A DNA stretch of 64,000 nucleotides. Origin: an uncultured beta proteobacterium. Lineage in GTDB: Bacteria > Pseudomonadota > Gammaproteobacteria > Burkholderiales > SG8-39. Below, one piece after another: positions 29,743 to 39,786 of this stretch. Every line of letters begins with the position of its first letter. Within the stretch, counting starts at the first letter, position 1. The notes beneath the pieces were generated by a model. It saw only the letters and a program-made list of their open reading frames with translations. It was not told the origin of the DNA and ran no database searches. The stretch spans positions 7,064 through 71,063 of the forward strand of contig CAWJNP010000025.1 of the NCBI GenBank assembly GCA_963844255.1, written 5' to 3'. Made by a program: the position numbers and the translations under genes.

Positions 29743-30252
29743 ATGAGAAAGCATTTGAATTTAATAGTCGCCACGGCTGCTACGGCAGTCATGGCCTTGT
29801 CAGGCGGAACTGCGGCGCTGGCTGCAGGCTACGACGACCGCGATGCGCTGCAGGGCGCCAAGGAGGTCAAGGTCGCCTTCGACATTACGGCCGGTGACGC
29901 GAAGGTGCTCTTGGCGCGGCTAAACATCATCGACGAAACGCGCCAATCGCTGATCAATCAGGGCGTGACGCCACACTTCATCATCTCGTTTCGTGGCGGT
30001 GCTACGAAGCTTGTGCAGACCGACATGTCGAAGGTAAAGGCCGAAGACCGGGAGATCGCGACAAAAATCGCCGCGAAGCTCGCCGAGATGCGCAGTTCGA
30101 AAGGCGTCGACAACGTCGAACAATGTGCGGTCGCGGTTCGCGAGCAGGGCACGCGCCCGGAAGACGTGGTGCCTTCGGTGAAGGTCGTCGGGAACGCATG
30201 GATATCCCTGATGGCTTACCAGAATCGCGGATATGCCTACATCTCGCCTTGA
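29743..30252 (+). CDS. Exported DsrE/DsrF-like protein
   Basis: AAGGAG RBS; signal peptide; KVAFD, EQC.VA, YQNRGYAYI C-terminus. Confidence 0.8.
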   Translation: MRKHLNLIVATAATAVMALSGGTAALAAGYDDRDALQGAKEVKVAFDITAGDAKVLLARLNIIDETRQSLINQGVTPHFIISFRGGATKLVQTDMSKVKAEDREIATKIAAKLAEMRSSKGVDNVEQCAVAVREQGTRPEDVVPSVKVVGNAWISLMAYQNRGYAYISP

Positions 30253-30279
30253 TATTCTGATTCCCTGCCGGAGACCATC

Positions 30280-31275
30280 TTGAGAACCTTGACGGCACTG
30301 CTGCTCTTCTCGCTTGCCGGCCTTGCCTGCGCCGAGGACCGGATCATCGTCGACCGTGGCTACGTACAGGAAGCGGCCAGGCGTGACGTCCCGATCCTCG
30401 ATGTGCGTAATGCCGTCGAATACCGGAAGGGGCATCTTCCCGGCGCGATCAACATCGGGGATGTCGCACAGGTCCTGCGCGACAGCAACGCCGAGGACTT
30501 CATCGCCATCGAGCGAATCGAAAAAATCCTCGGCGCCGCCGGCATCGATCCGGCGCACGAGATCATCGTCTACGGAAATCGTGGCGCGTGGAATCCCTAT
30601 TTCGGCCGGTACACGATGCAGTATTTCGGCGGCAGGCAGGCTCGCGTGTATCACGACGGGATCGAAGACTGGATCGCCGCCGGTCTCCCGGTTTCACGCG
30701 AAGAGACCAGGCGGCCACCGATTTCGCTTACGCTGAAACCCAACCCCGATGCAAGCGTATCCACGCGCGACGTCGTTGCACGGCTGAACCGGAGCGACGT
30801 GCAGATCGTCGATGCACGCACGCCGCGCGAGTTCTCGGGTGAAGACATTCGCGCCATCCGGGGCGGCCATATTCCGGGAGCAGTCAACATTCCGTACGAA
30901 CAGAACTGGGTCGATCCTTCCACACCGCAAAAACTCGCGAAGCGCGAAGTGGCCGATTCGTCGGGGATGTCGCTCAAACCGGTGGAGAAATTGAAGGCGC
31001 TTTATGCCGGTCTCGATCCAAGCAAGGAGACAATCGTCTACTGTCAGAGCGGCGCTCGCGCGGCCGAAACCGCCGGCGTATTGCAGCAACTGGGCTTTAC
31101 CAAGGTCAAGGTCTATGACTCGTCCTGGCTGGGCTACGGCAATACGCTCGATGCACCGGCCAACAAAGTGACCTTCTTCAACGTCGGACTCCTGAACGGC
31201 AAAATCGCCGCAATGCAAAACCGCATTGATCATCTTGAGCGCGAACTTGCCGGGACGAAGGCAGGCGGGAAATAG
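30280..31275 (+). CDS. Exported tandem-rhodanese sulfurtransferase with a coiled-coil tail
   Basis: Signal peptide; LDVR..EY.KGHLPGA, RGGHIPGA, active loop CQSGAR, YDSSW. Confidence 0.88.
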   Translation: MRTLTALLLFSLAGLACAEDRIIVDRGYVQEAARRDVPILDVRNAVEYRKGHLPGAINIGDVAQVLRDSNAEDFIAIERIEKILGAAGIDPAHEIIVYGNRGAWNPYFGRYTMQYFGGRQARVYHDGIEDWIAAGLPVSREETRRPPISLTLKPNPDASVSTRDVVARLNRSDVQIVDARTPREFSGEDIRAIRGGHIPGAVNIPYEQNWVDPSTPQKLAKREVADSSGMSLKPVEKLKALYAGLDPSKETIVYCQSGARAAETAGVLQQLGFTKVKVYDSSWLGYGNTLDAPANKVTFFNVGLLNGKIAAMQNRIDHLERELAGTKAGGK

Positions 31276-31321
31276 ACGCAATACCGCCCCGGACGGATTT
31301 GCAAATAAAATCTGGACCACC

Positions 31322-31349
31322 CCCAGTGCCGACATTGTGCGGCACTGGG
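31322..31349. terminator. Hairpin between convergent genes (possible terminator)
   Basis: CCCAGTGCCG-n8-CGGCACTGGG; lacks a clear U-tract. Confidence 0.45.
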
Positions 31350-31423
31350 TCAGGAAACATCACTACGCGGCAGAAGTCCTCAATGAACGGATTGAGGGTC
31401 AGGCCAGGCGCTGAATCCGACGG

Positions 31424-32293
31424 CTACGAGGATTTGAGCCGCAGCGCCGCCGCCTGCCGCAGACGGCGTTCCTCACCGATTGCACGCAGCCTTTCAAGCT
31501 CGACCGGATCGACCCGGCCGTAGCGCTCCCGCCAGCCCGGGTCTTCCTTCCACCTGAAGGGTGCCTCCAGGGTGGTGCGCGGCCCGGGCGCGGTTTCCAG
31601 CAACCCCAGTGCTGTCGCGACGACCTCGCGTTGCATGTCCGCGCGCCAGGGATAGCCGCAGGGATTGCCAAGCGGGAAGTCGGTAAAGACGAACCGTGCG
31701 ACGCCACAGTGTTCAACCACGTCGCGCGCCGATCCGATCATGACGGTCGGCAGGCCGTTGGCCTCGAGGTGCCGTGCAACCAGACTCACGGTCTGGTGGC
31801 ACACCGGTCACAAGGCGCTGAGCAGGACCGCGTCGACCCGGTCCTCGCGCAGTCGCGCAAGGATTTCGGGGACATCTTCCTCGATCGTCTTACGCTGACT
31901 GTATTCGGTCGGCACGCCGTGAAAGCGCGCCGCGATTGCGCGGATCATGCCTTCGCGTGCGAGGCCGGCTGCGGTCTTGATCGGCATGAAACTCTCGCGA
32001 TCCTCGGTATGGGTCGACTCGCGATCCCATGCGAGGTTGTCGGTATTGAGTTCGGGCAGTGGATCGGTCATGCCCGACCAGACATGCTTGACACCTTTTT
32101 CGTCTCGGTTCGAGCGGTCGGGAGGATTTGCGGTGGTGACCAGGCCGATGCGTGCTTCGGCCAGCGGCTTCGCCAGTCGCGCGAATGGAGTCTCGGCATG
32201 GGTCGCCCAGACATAGTCCTTCTCGTACCCGAGTGCCCGGTAGTAGTCGCGGGTACGTTCGATATAGCGGATCGGCTCTTCGTTGTCTGGCAT
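31424..32293 (-). CDS. GrdB/PrdB-like selenoprotein B family protein; UGA at 31810-31808 read as Sec (289 aa)
   Basis: ORFs 31808..32353 and 31424..31804 are in one frame, joined by one TGA: DAVLLSAL-U-PVCHQTVSLVARHLEANGLPTV; N-terminal PFARL.KPL.EARIGLVTT; C-terminal DFPLGNPCG. Confidence 0.88.
31772..31807 (-). promoter_or_regulatory. Candidate bacterial SECIS element
   Basis: Immediately 3' of the UGA: GUGC-C-ACCAGAC [CGUGA] GUCUGGU-U-GCAC; 17 nt between UGA and the loop, G at loop position 2. Confidence 0.75.
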
Positions 32294-32419
32294 GGCGGAA
32301 ATCCTGTTCTTGTGCTGTGCAGGAAATTCTACCCGTTCATGTCCGGGCCGCAAGCGCTTGCAGCCGGCCGCATGCTAGTCTGCCATTTCGGCAATTCGAC
32401 TTCCGGGAGCAGGCACGCC

Positions 32420-33520
32420 ATGTCGCATTCGCACCCCGAATATCCCGGCACCGCCGGCGTGCTCGGCGGGCTTCGGTTCGTCACCTGCAGCATGACCGAA
32501 TCAGGCCACGCCCACGCGCATTCGCGCCGCCGTGAAACCATCGTCTCGGGCAAGCGCGCCAGGGTCATCGACGTCCACGCCCACTGCGCCGTGCCCGAGG
32601 CCATGGCACTTGTGGGTCTCAAGCTCGGCGGGCCAGCCATGCGTCCCGACCTGCACATGGGCACGGCACTGGCGGAGCGGCTGGCCGCGATGGACGCGCA
32701 GGGCATCGACATGGAAGTGCTCAGCATCAATCCCTGGTGGTACAAGGCCGAGCGCGACCTGGCAGAGCAGATCATCCGGATCCAGAACGAAAAGCTCGCC
32801 GAAGCCTGTGCCGCCACGCCCGATCGCTTCCTCGGCTTTGCCTCAGTCGCACTCCAGCACCCGGAACTTGCGGCAAGGCAACTCGAGGAAGGCGTGAAGA
32901 AATACGGCCTGCGCGGCGCGGCGATCGGCGGAAGCGTGGCCGGATTCGAACTCAGCGACCCGAAGTTCCACCCGTTCTGGGCCAAGGCCGAAGAACTCGG
33001 TGTGCTGGTCTTCATCCACCCGCAGGCGGACGGCGCGACCACCGATATCGCCAAACGCCTCAAGGGCGCCGGCGGCCTCGAGAACGTGATCGGATTTCCG
33101 CTCGAGACCACGATCGCGCTCTCGCACCTGATCTTCGAGGGGACGCTGGATCGCTTTCCCGGTGTGAAGATCTGCGGCGCGCACGGCGGCGGCTACCTGC
33201 CCTCCTACATGGCACGCTCGGACCGCGGCTGCGTCGCGCGTCCCGACCTGTGCACCGGCGGCCCCGACGGCCCGTTGAAGAAGAACCCGACCGCGTACCT
33301 CAAGCAGCTCTACTACGACACGATGGTGTTTTCGCCCGAAGCGATCCGCCACCTTGCTGCCGAGGTCGGCGCGGGTCAGCTGATGCTTGGTACCGACTAT
33401 CCGTTTCCGTGGACTACGACCGCGGTGGATGAGGTCATGGACACGCCCGGGCTGTCGGACGCGCAGAAGATCGCGATTCTCGGCGGCACCGCCGCGCGTC
33501 TGCTCGGCATTGCGGCCTAG
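32420..33520 (+). CDS. Amidohydrolase-2 family protein (ACMSD/LigW-like decarboxylase/hydratase)
   Basis: IDVHAH, FIHP, AHGGG, YYDT, GTDYPF. Confidence 0.88.
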   Translation: MSHSHPEYPGTAGVLGGLRFVTCSMTESGHAHAHSRRRETIVSGKRARVIDVHAHCAVPEAMALVGLKLGGPAMRPDLHMGTALAERLAAMDAQGIDMEVLSINPWWYKAERDLAEQIIRIQNEKLAEACAATPDRFLGFASVALQHPELAARQLEEGVKKYGLRGAAIGGSVAGFELSDPKFHPFWAKAEELGVLVFIHPQADGATTDIAKRLKGAGGLENVIGFPLETTIALSHLIFEGTLDRFPGVKICGAHGGGYLPSYMARSDRGCVARPDLCTGGPDGPLKKNPTAYLKQLYYDTMVFSPEAIRHLAAEVGAGQLMLGTDYPFPWTTTAVDEVMDTPGLSDAQKIAILGGTAARLLGIAA

Positions 33521-33530
33521 CCACGGGAGC

Positions 33531-34208
33531 ATGGCCGTGATCACCGTTCACCACTTGAACAACTCCCGCTCGCAACGCGTGCTCTGGCTGCTGGAAGAAC
33601 TCGGCGTCGACTACGAGATCCGGCGCTACCAGCGAGATTCCCAGACCATGCTCGCGCCGCCGGAACTGCGTGCGGTGCATCCACTGGGCAAATCGCCCGT
33701 GATCACCGACGGCGAACTTACGATTGCCGAATCCGGCGCGATCGTGGAATACCTCGTCGAGCGCTACGGCAAGGGAAGGCTGATCCCGGCTGCAGGAACC
33801 CCCGAGCGCCTGCGCTATACCTACTGGTTGCATTTCGCCGAGGGCACCGCGATGCCGCCTCTCGTGATGAAACTCGTGTTCGGACGGATCGCCAACGGGC
33901 CTATGCCGTTCTTCGTCAAGCCAATTGCGCGTGGCATCGCGAACAAGGTGCTGACGAGCTTTATCGATCCGAACCTGAACGCCCAGTTTGATTTCATGGA
34001 GGCCGAACTCGGCAGGTCCGCCTGGTTTGCCGGCGGCGAATTCAGCGCGGCCGACATCCAGATGAGCTTCCCGCTCGAAGCAGCCGCCGCCCGTGGCGGG
34101 CTGGATGCTTCACGGCCGAGGATGATGGCATTTCTGGATCGGATTCATGCGATGCCGGCCTACCAGCGCGCCCTGGAGAAGGGTGGTCCGTTCGCACTGC
34201 TGCGTTAG
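33531..34208 (+). CDS. Glutathione S-transferase
   Basis: HHLNNSRSQRVLWLLEEL, HPLGKSPV, ESGAI, FSAADIQM. Confidence 0.92.
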   Translation: MAVITVHHLNNSRSQRVLWLLEELGVDYEIRRYQRDSQTMLAPPELRAVHPLGKSPVITDGELTIAESGAIVEYLVERYGKGRLIPAAGTPERLRYTYWLHFAEGTAMPPLVMKLVFGRIANGPMPFFVKPIARGIANKVLTSFIDPNLNAQFDFMEAELGRSAWFAGGEFSAADIQMSFPLEAAAARGGLDASRPRMMAFLDRIHAMPAYQRALEKGGPFALLR

Positions 34209-34369
34209 TCCGAATTTCGGTCAGATGCGCCGCAAGCCGGCTTTACATCATGTCGGCATTGGCGAATCCCTCAGGAAAGCGCAGAATTCTTTGATCGTTG
34301 TATAGCCGTATCAGAACCGCGGCGATTCAATCGATCTAATATTGCGCCGCAGTCTGCAGCAGGAGGGGT

Positions 34370-36898
34370 ATGCCCGGCACGATTCAGCGGCCCAAGCACC
34401 GCATCGAACAGCTGATCACACGCGCCACGCTGTGGTTGCTCGTGTTCTTCAGCTTCGTCGCATCAGCAGCGATTCTGTTGCTGCTCCCGCATGGTCCCGA
34501 GGCCGGAAACTCGGCACGCATCGCGGCGCCGATTGCGATCTTTATCGGCTGCCTCGCAGCGGTCGTCATTGCACGGTCGGGCCGCCCCAGGCTAGGCGCA
34601 AGCCTGGTCATCACGGTCGCTTATGTGGTGATCCTCAACTATGTCATCGCGGGCAGGCTGGGGTTGCACAGCTACGCCAATGCCCTGATAGCAATATTGA
34701 TCGTCGTCACCGCACTGCTGATCGGACATCGCGCTGGAGTGGCGGCGGCATTGATCGCAATTGTCACGGCAGTCGCGCTCAGCTTGCTCGAGCACTACGG
34801 CGGCCTGGTCGATCCGCACGCCGTCGCGGCGATCCCTGCGGCGAACATCCTGATCGTTTACTGCATCCTCTACGGCGCCATTGGTGCCGTGCTTTATGTA
34901 TTTTCGAGGACATTTCGCGAAACCCTGCAGTCCACCGAGGATCAGGAACTGCGTTTCCGCCAATTGTTCGATGTCGCGCCGCTCGGATACGTAATCCATC
35001 GGGAAGGTCGCATCCTGATGATCAATCAGGCCGCAGCCACGGCAAGCGGTTTCGACGTCCCGGACAAAATGATCGCAATGAACATCTTCGACTTGCTCCC
35101 TGAAGAGCAGCTTGAGCATGCGCGCAGGCACCTGGCATCGGCGATCGGGGTCGCGCCCGGCACCACCGTATCGACCGAATTTCGCATCAAGCTGCCGGAC
35201 GGCAGGCTGCGTCAATTCGAGACCACCAGCACCCCGATCATGCTCGCCGACGGTCCGGCCTTGTTCACCATGATGCGCGATGTCACCAGGGCACGCGAGG
35301 CAAGCATCGCGCTGGCCGCCGCCAAGGAGCAAGCGGAATCCTCGAGCCGGGCGAAATCGGAATTCCTGGCGAACATGAGCCACGAGATTCGCACACCGCT
35401 GAATGGCATTCTGGGGATGGCGGACCTGCTGCGCAGCACGCCACTGAACGCGGAGCAACGACGGTACGGGGAGGCGATCGCCACGTCCGGACGTTCGTTG
35501 CGCGACCTTCTTGGGAGCGTCCTCGATCTGGCGAAGATAGAGGCCGGCAGAATGATGCTGGAACAGAAGAATTTCGACCTTTCGCGCATGGTCGCCGAAC
35601 TCGAATCGATCTATTGGGAACTGGCCGGCGGACGCGCAAACACCTTCATGGCGCAGGTGGACCTGACAGAAAAGAGCCTTCTCCGAGGCGACCCGCTTCG
35701 GGTCCGCCAGGTTCTCGGAAACCTTCTGGACAATGCGGTCAAGTTCACCGAAGGCGGCCGCATTGATTTCGGGGTTCGGGTGGTCGATTCGCCGCCGGGC
35801 GACGCACGCAGGTGGATGCTCTTCACGGTGCAGGACACTGGCATCGGGATGAGCAAGGAGACGCTAGAAAAAGTATTTCAACCGTTCACCCAGGCCGATA
35901 CTTCGACGACGCGCCGATATGGCGGAACCGGTCTCGGGCTGTCAATCGCTCGCAGCCTGGTCGAACTCATGGACGGGACACTGGACGTGGAAAGTGCGCC
36001 GGGGATCGGTTCCAAATTCAGCGTGCGTCTGCCGTTCGAGGAGGCCCCGGAGACGTTCGAGGCGGTGGCGGCCTCGATGGACAGAATGGTTGGCATACCC
36101 GGGCCCGCCAGCGGCGTTGGCTCGCTCTCGGTACTTCTGGTGGAAGAAAATGACGTCAACCAGGAAGTGGCACGCACGATGCTGGAATTGGCCGGACACC
36201 AGGTGCAGGTGGCACGCGATGGTGCCGAGGGCGTGCGCCTGTGGACACGCGGGCGATTCGACTGCCTGCTCATGGACTGCCAGATGCCGGTCATGGACGG
36301 CTATGAAGCCACGCGACTGATCCGCTCCAGCGAAATGGCGCGGGGCACCCGGCGCGTCCGGATTGTGGCGCTCACTGCCAGCACCATGGCCGGAGACCGC
36401 GAGCGGTGCCTGGCGGCCGGCATGGACGATTTTCTCGCAAAGCCATTCGAGTCGGCCGAACTGCTCGCGGCGGTCCGCGGGGACGCATTTCACACTGAGC
36501 TCAGGCCTGTCTCTTCAGGCAACCTGGCCTCGTTCGACCCGGGCTCACTCGCAGGCATGCTGAAACTGGACCGGAATCAACCGGGATTCATCGGCAAACT
36601 ACTCGCCCTTTTTGTGCGTAGCACACCCGAGCAGATCGGTCAGGTTGCCGGCGTGACGGACGAAACAGCGACATCGGCGGAGCGTGCGGCGCATACGCTG
36701 AAGTCCACCGCTACGCGTTTTGGCCTGCATGCACTTGCCGGCCTGGCGGCCGAGGCGGAAACTGCCTTGCACGCAGGCCGGCAGGATCTGGCGCGCGAAC
36801 TGGCTGAAGCCATGCTCGATGAGTTTGCGCATGCCAGGCCGCTGCTGTTCGAGCACCTGGAAGGTATTGGACACGGCGCCGCCTCGCGTCTGAACTAA
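34370..36898 (+). CDS. Membrane hybrid sensor kinase (TM-PAS-HisKA-HATPase-REC-Hpt)
   Basis: [49 protein letters not shown]. Confidence 0.93.
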   Translation: MPGTIQRPKHRIEQLITRATLWLLVFFSFVASAAILLLLPHGPEAGNSARIAAPIAIFIGCLAAVVIARSGRPRLGASLVITVAYVVILNYVIAGRLGLHSYANALIAILIVVTALLIGHRAGVAAALIAIVTAVALSLLEHYGGLVDPHAVAAIPAANILIVYCILYGAIGAVLYVFSRTFRETLQSTEDQELRFRQLFDVAPLGYVIHREGRILMINQAAATASGFDVPDKMIAMNIFDLLPEEQLEHARRHLASAIGVAPGTTVSTEFRIKLPDGRLRQFETTSTPIMLADGPALFTMMRDVTRAREASIALAAAKEQAESSSRAKSEFLANMSHEIRTPLNGILGMADLLRSTPLNAEQRRYGEAIATSGRSLRDLLGSVLDLAKIEAGRMMLEQKNFDLSRMVAELESIYWELAGGRANTFMAQVDLTEKSLLRGDPLRVRQVLGNLLDNAVKFTEGGRIDFGVRVVDSPPGDARRWMLFTVQDTGIGMSKETLEKVFQPFTQADTSTTRRYGGTGLGLSIARSLVELMDGTLDVESAPGIGSKFSVRLPFEEAPETFEAVAASMDRMVGIPGPASGVGSLSVLLVEENDVNQEVARTMLELAGHQVQVARDGAEGVRLWTRGRFDCLLMDCQMPVMDGYEATRLIRSSEMARGTRRVRIVALTASTMAGDRERCLAAGMDDFLAKPFESAELLAAVRGDAFHTELRPVSSGNLASFDPGSLAGMLKLDRNQPGFIGKLLALFVRSTPEQIGQVAGVTDETATSAERAAHTLKSTATRFGLHALAGLAAEAETALHAGRQDLARELAEAMLDEFAHARPLLFEHLEGIGHGAASRLN

Positions 36899-37004
36899 CG
36901 CATTCTGTGCCTGTACATGGCTTGCTTTCAGGTGCCGCCAGAGCCTGGACAGGGGCTTCGAAACTGCGCTCACTTCCGCTGTCTTGTTACGGCACAATAG
37001 CCCC

Positions 37005-39786
37005 ATGAGCTCCGAAACAAAGAAAGTCCCGATCTTCTGCTACCAGTGCGTGGCCGGCCCCGACCTCATGAAGGTGGAGGTCAAGGACGGCGTTGCCATG
37101 CGCATCGAGTCCAACTACGACATCAGTGGCCAGCATCCGGGCGGCGGGCGTGTCTGCGTGAAGGCCTACGGGCTGATCCAGAAAACCTACAACCCGAACC
37201 GCATCAAGTCGCCGATGAAGCGCACCAACCCGAAGAAGGGTCGCTTTGAGGACCCCGGGTTCGTGCCGATCTCATGGAAGGAAGCGCTGGATCTCGTCGG
37301 CGCAAAGATGCGCGAAGTGCGCGCCAAGGGGTTGAAGAACGAGGAAGGCTTTCCGCGCCTCGCCACCTCCACCGGCGGTGGCGGCACACCGGTGCAGTAC
37401 ATGGGCACCTTCCCCGCCTTCATGTCGGCGTGGGGCCCGATCGACCAGGGCTACGGCGCCGGACAGGGCATCAAGTGCTACCACTCAGAACACCTCTACG
37501 GCGAACTCTGGCACCGCGCCTTCATCGTCTCGCCCGACACCCCGTATGTGAACTACATCATCAACTGCGGCAACAACGTCGAGGCCTCGGGCGGCGTGGT
37601 GGGCATCTGGCGCGAAGCCGACGCACGGGTGCGCGGTGCCAAGCGGGTGCAGGTCGAACCGCATCTGTCGATCACCGGCGCAGTCTCGGCCGAATGGGTG
37701 CCGATCAAGCCCAAGACCGATGCGGCGTTCCTGTTCGGTCTGATCCACCGCATCGTGCATGAACGCGGCTGGCGCGAGTCCTGCGACATCCCCTATCTGA
37801 AGAACCGCACGAGTTCGCCCTACCTCGTCGGACCCAACGGCTGGTATCTGCGCGATGCGCAAAGCGGCAAGCCACTGATCTGGGATCTGGCGGATGGTTG
37901 TGCCAAGGCGCACGACGATCCCGGTCTCAAGGATCCTGCACTCGACGGCGAATACACCGTGGCGGGCGTTGAGCATGGGCCAGACGAGGAACGCATCGCG
38001 CACGAGGCGGCCACTGTCCGCCCGGCGTTCCAGAAGATGCTCGACCACATGCAGACCTATACCGCCGAGTGGGCCGCCGCAGAATGCGACATCCCGGCTG
38101 CGACCATCCGCCGTGTCGCCGACGAATACGTGGCGCACGCCTGCATCGGCCAGACCATCGAGATCGAAGGCAAGACACTGCCCTTCCGGCCGGTCGCGAT
38201 TACCCTTGGCAAGACGGTCAACAACGGCTTCGGCGGATTCCACTGCTGCTGGGCGCGCACACTGCTCGCCGTGCTGGTCGGCGCGCTCGAAGTTCCGGGT
38301 GGCACGCTGGGCACCACGGTCAAGCTCGTGCGGCCCGCCGCCTCGCGCACCGGATCGGTACAGCCGGGCCCCGACGGGCTCATGACCTTCCAGTTCAACG
38401 ACACTTCCAAGGAAGGCTGGATGCGCGACCCGCACATCCGCAGCGGCTACAAGACGCTGGTGCCGCTGGTCTCGGATTCGCCCTGGTCTCCCGCGCTCGG
38501 CCCGGCCCACCTGCCCTGGCTGTTTCAGAAGAAGGCACCGGACAACTGGCCGCGCACCCAGCCGCCGGACATCTGGATCTGCTACCGCACCAACCCGGCG
38601 ATCTCCTCGTGGAACGCGCCGCAGGTCGCCGAACGACTGGCCGAGTTCCCGTTCATCGTCGCGATGGCCTACACGGATGACGAGACCAACCACTTCGCGG
38701 ATGTACTGCTGCCCGAAGCGCTGGACCTCGAGAGCCTGCAACTGATCCGCATCGGCACCACCAAGTTCCAGGAGAACTTCTGGAAGCATGAAGGCTGGGC
38801 GATCCGCCAGCCGATGATCGACTCGCCCTGCGACACCAGGGACTTCACCGATATCGCCACTGCGCTCGCCGAACAGGCCGGGATTCTGCGACAAGTACGT
38901 CGCCGCGGTGAACCGTGGCGCCGCCGGAACCGCACTGCGCGACCGCAAGGGCCGTTACGACTTCTCGCTCGACGAGACCAAGGCACCGACCCGTGACGAA
39001 GTCTGGGATGCGTTCTGCAAGGCCGCGAGCAGCGAACTGTCCGACGGTGCGGAGGTGCATGACCTCGCCTGGTTCAAGGAAAAGGGCTACATGCTGAAGC
39101 CCTTTCCGCAGCTCGACTGGTACCTGTATCCGGCAATGGAAGAAAAGGGCCTGCGGTTCGAAATGCCCTACCAGGAGCGCGTCACGCGCCACGGGCGCGA
39201 GCTGGCCAACCGCCTCAAGGAATCCGGCATCACCTGGTGGGACGAGCAGCTGAAAGAATACGAGTTCATGCCGAGTTACCTGCAGTTCCCGGAAATGTGG
39301 ATCGAGTACGCGCGTGAATACGACCGCGACCCCGATGAATTCCCGTTCTGGGCCCTGACCGCGCGTTCGATGCAGTACAGCTGGGGCGCCAACGTCGGCC
39401 TGCCGCTGATCAACGAAGTGGCGAACAATATCTCGGGCCATCGCGGCGTGATCATCAACCGCTCAACCGCAAAACGGCTGGGCATCAAGGAGGGTGAGCG
39501 CCTCGTGATCGAGTCGGTCTCCGGCCATACGGAGGGCGAGGCCGTACTGCGCGAGGGCATCCGCCCCGACACGATCCTGATGATCGGCCAGTTCGATCAC
39601 TGGAAAACGCCTTACGCCAAGGACCTGAAACTGCCAAGCCTGAATTCGCTCACCGACCTGTCGCTCAAACTGACCGACAGCACCGGCAGCAGCTCGGATG
39701 TGATGCGGGTGCGGATCCGGCGTGCCGCAGGCGGAACCGCGGACAGCGACTATCTCGGATCGCCGGCGCGGAAGGCGAGCGCATGA
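37005..39786 (+). CDS. DMSO-reductase-family molybdoenzyme, PadB-like (phenylacetyl-CoA:acceptor oxidoreductase large subunit); +1 frameshift near 38890
   Basis: CYQCVAGPD..VCVKAYGL.QKTYNP.R..PMKRTNPKKGR.EDPGFVPISW, GIKCYHSEHLYGE, RSMQYSWGANV; no Tat signal. Confidence 0.82.

Noticed and set aside
30250-30282. The DsrE TGA stop is in frame with the downstream rhodanese (possible readthrough fusion)
   Set aside because: GYAYISP is a normal DsrE C-terminus, the next gene has its own GGAG RBS and signal peptide, and there is no Cys-equivalent context or SECIS-like stem
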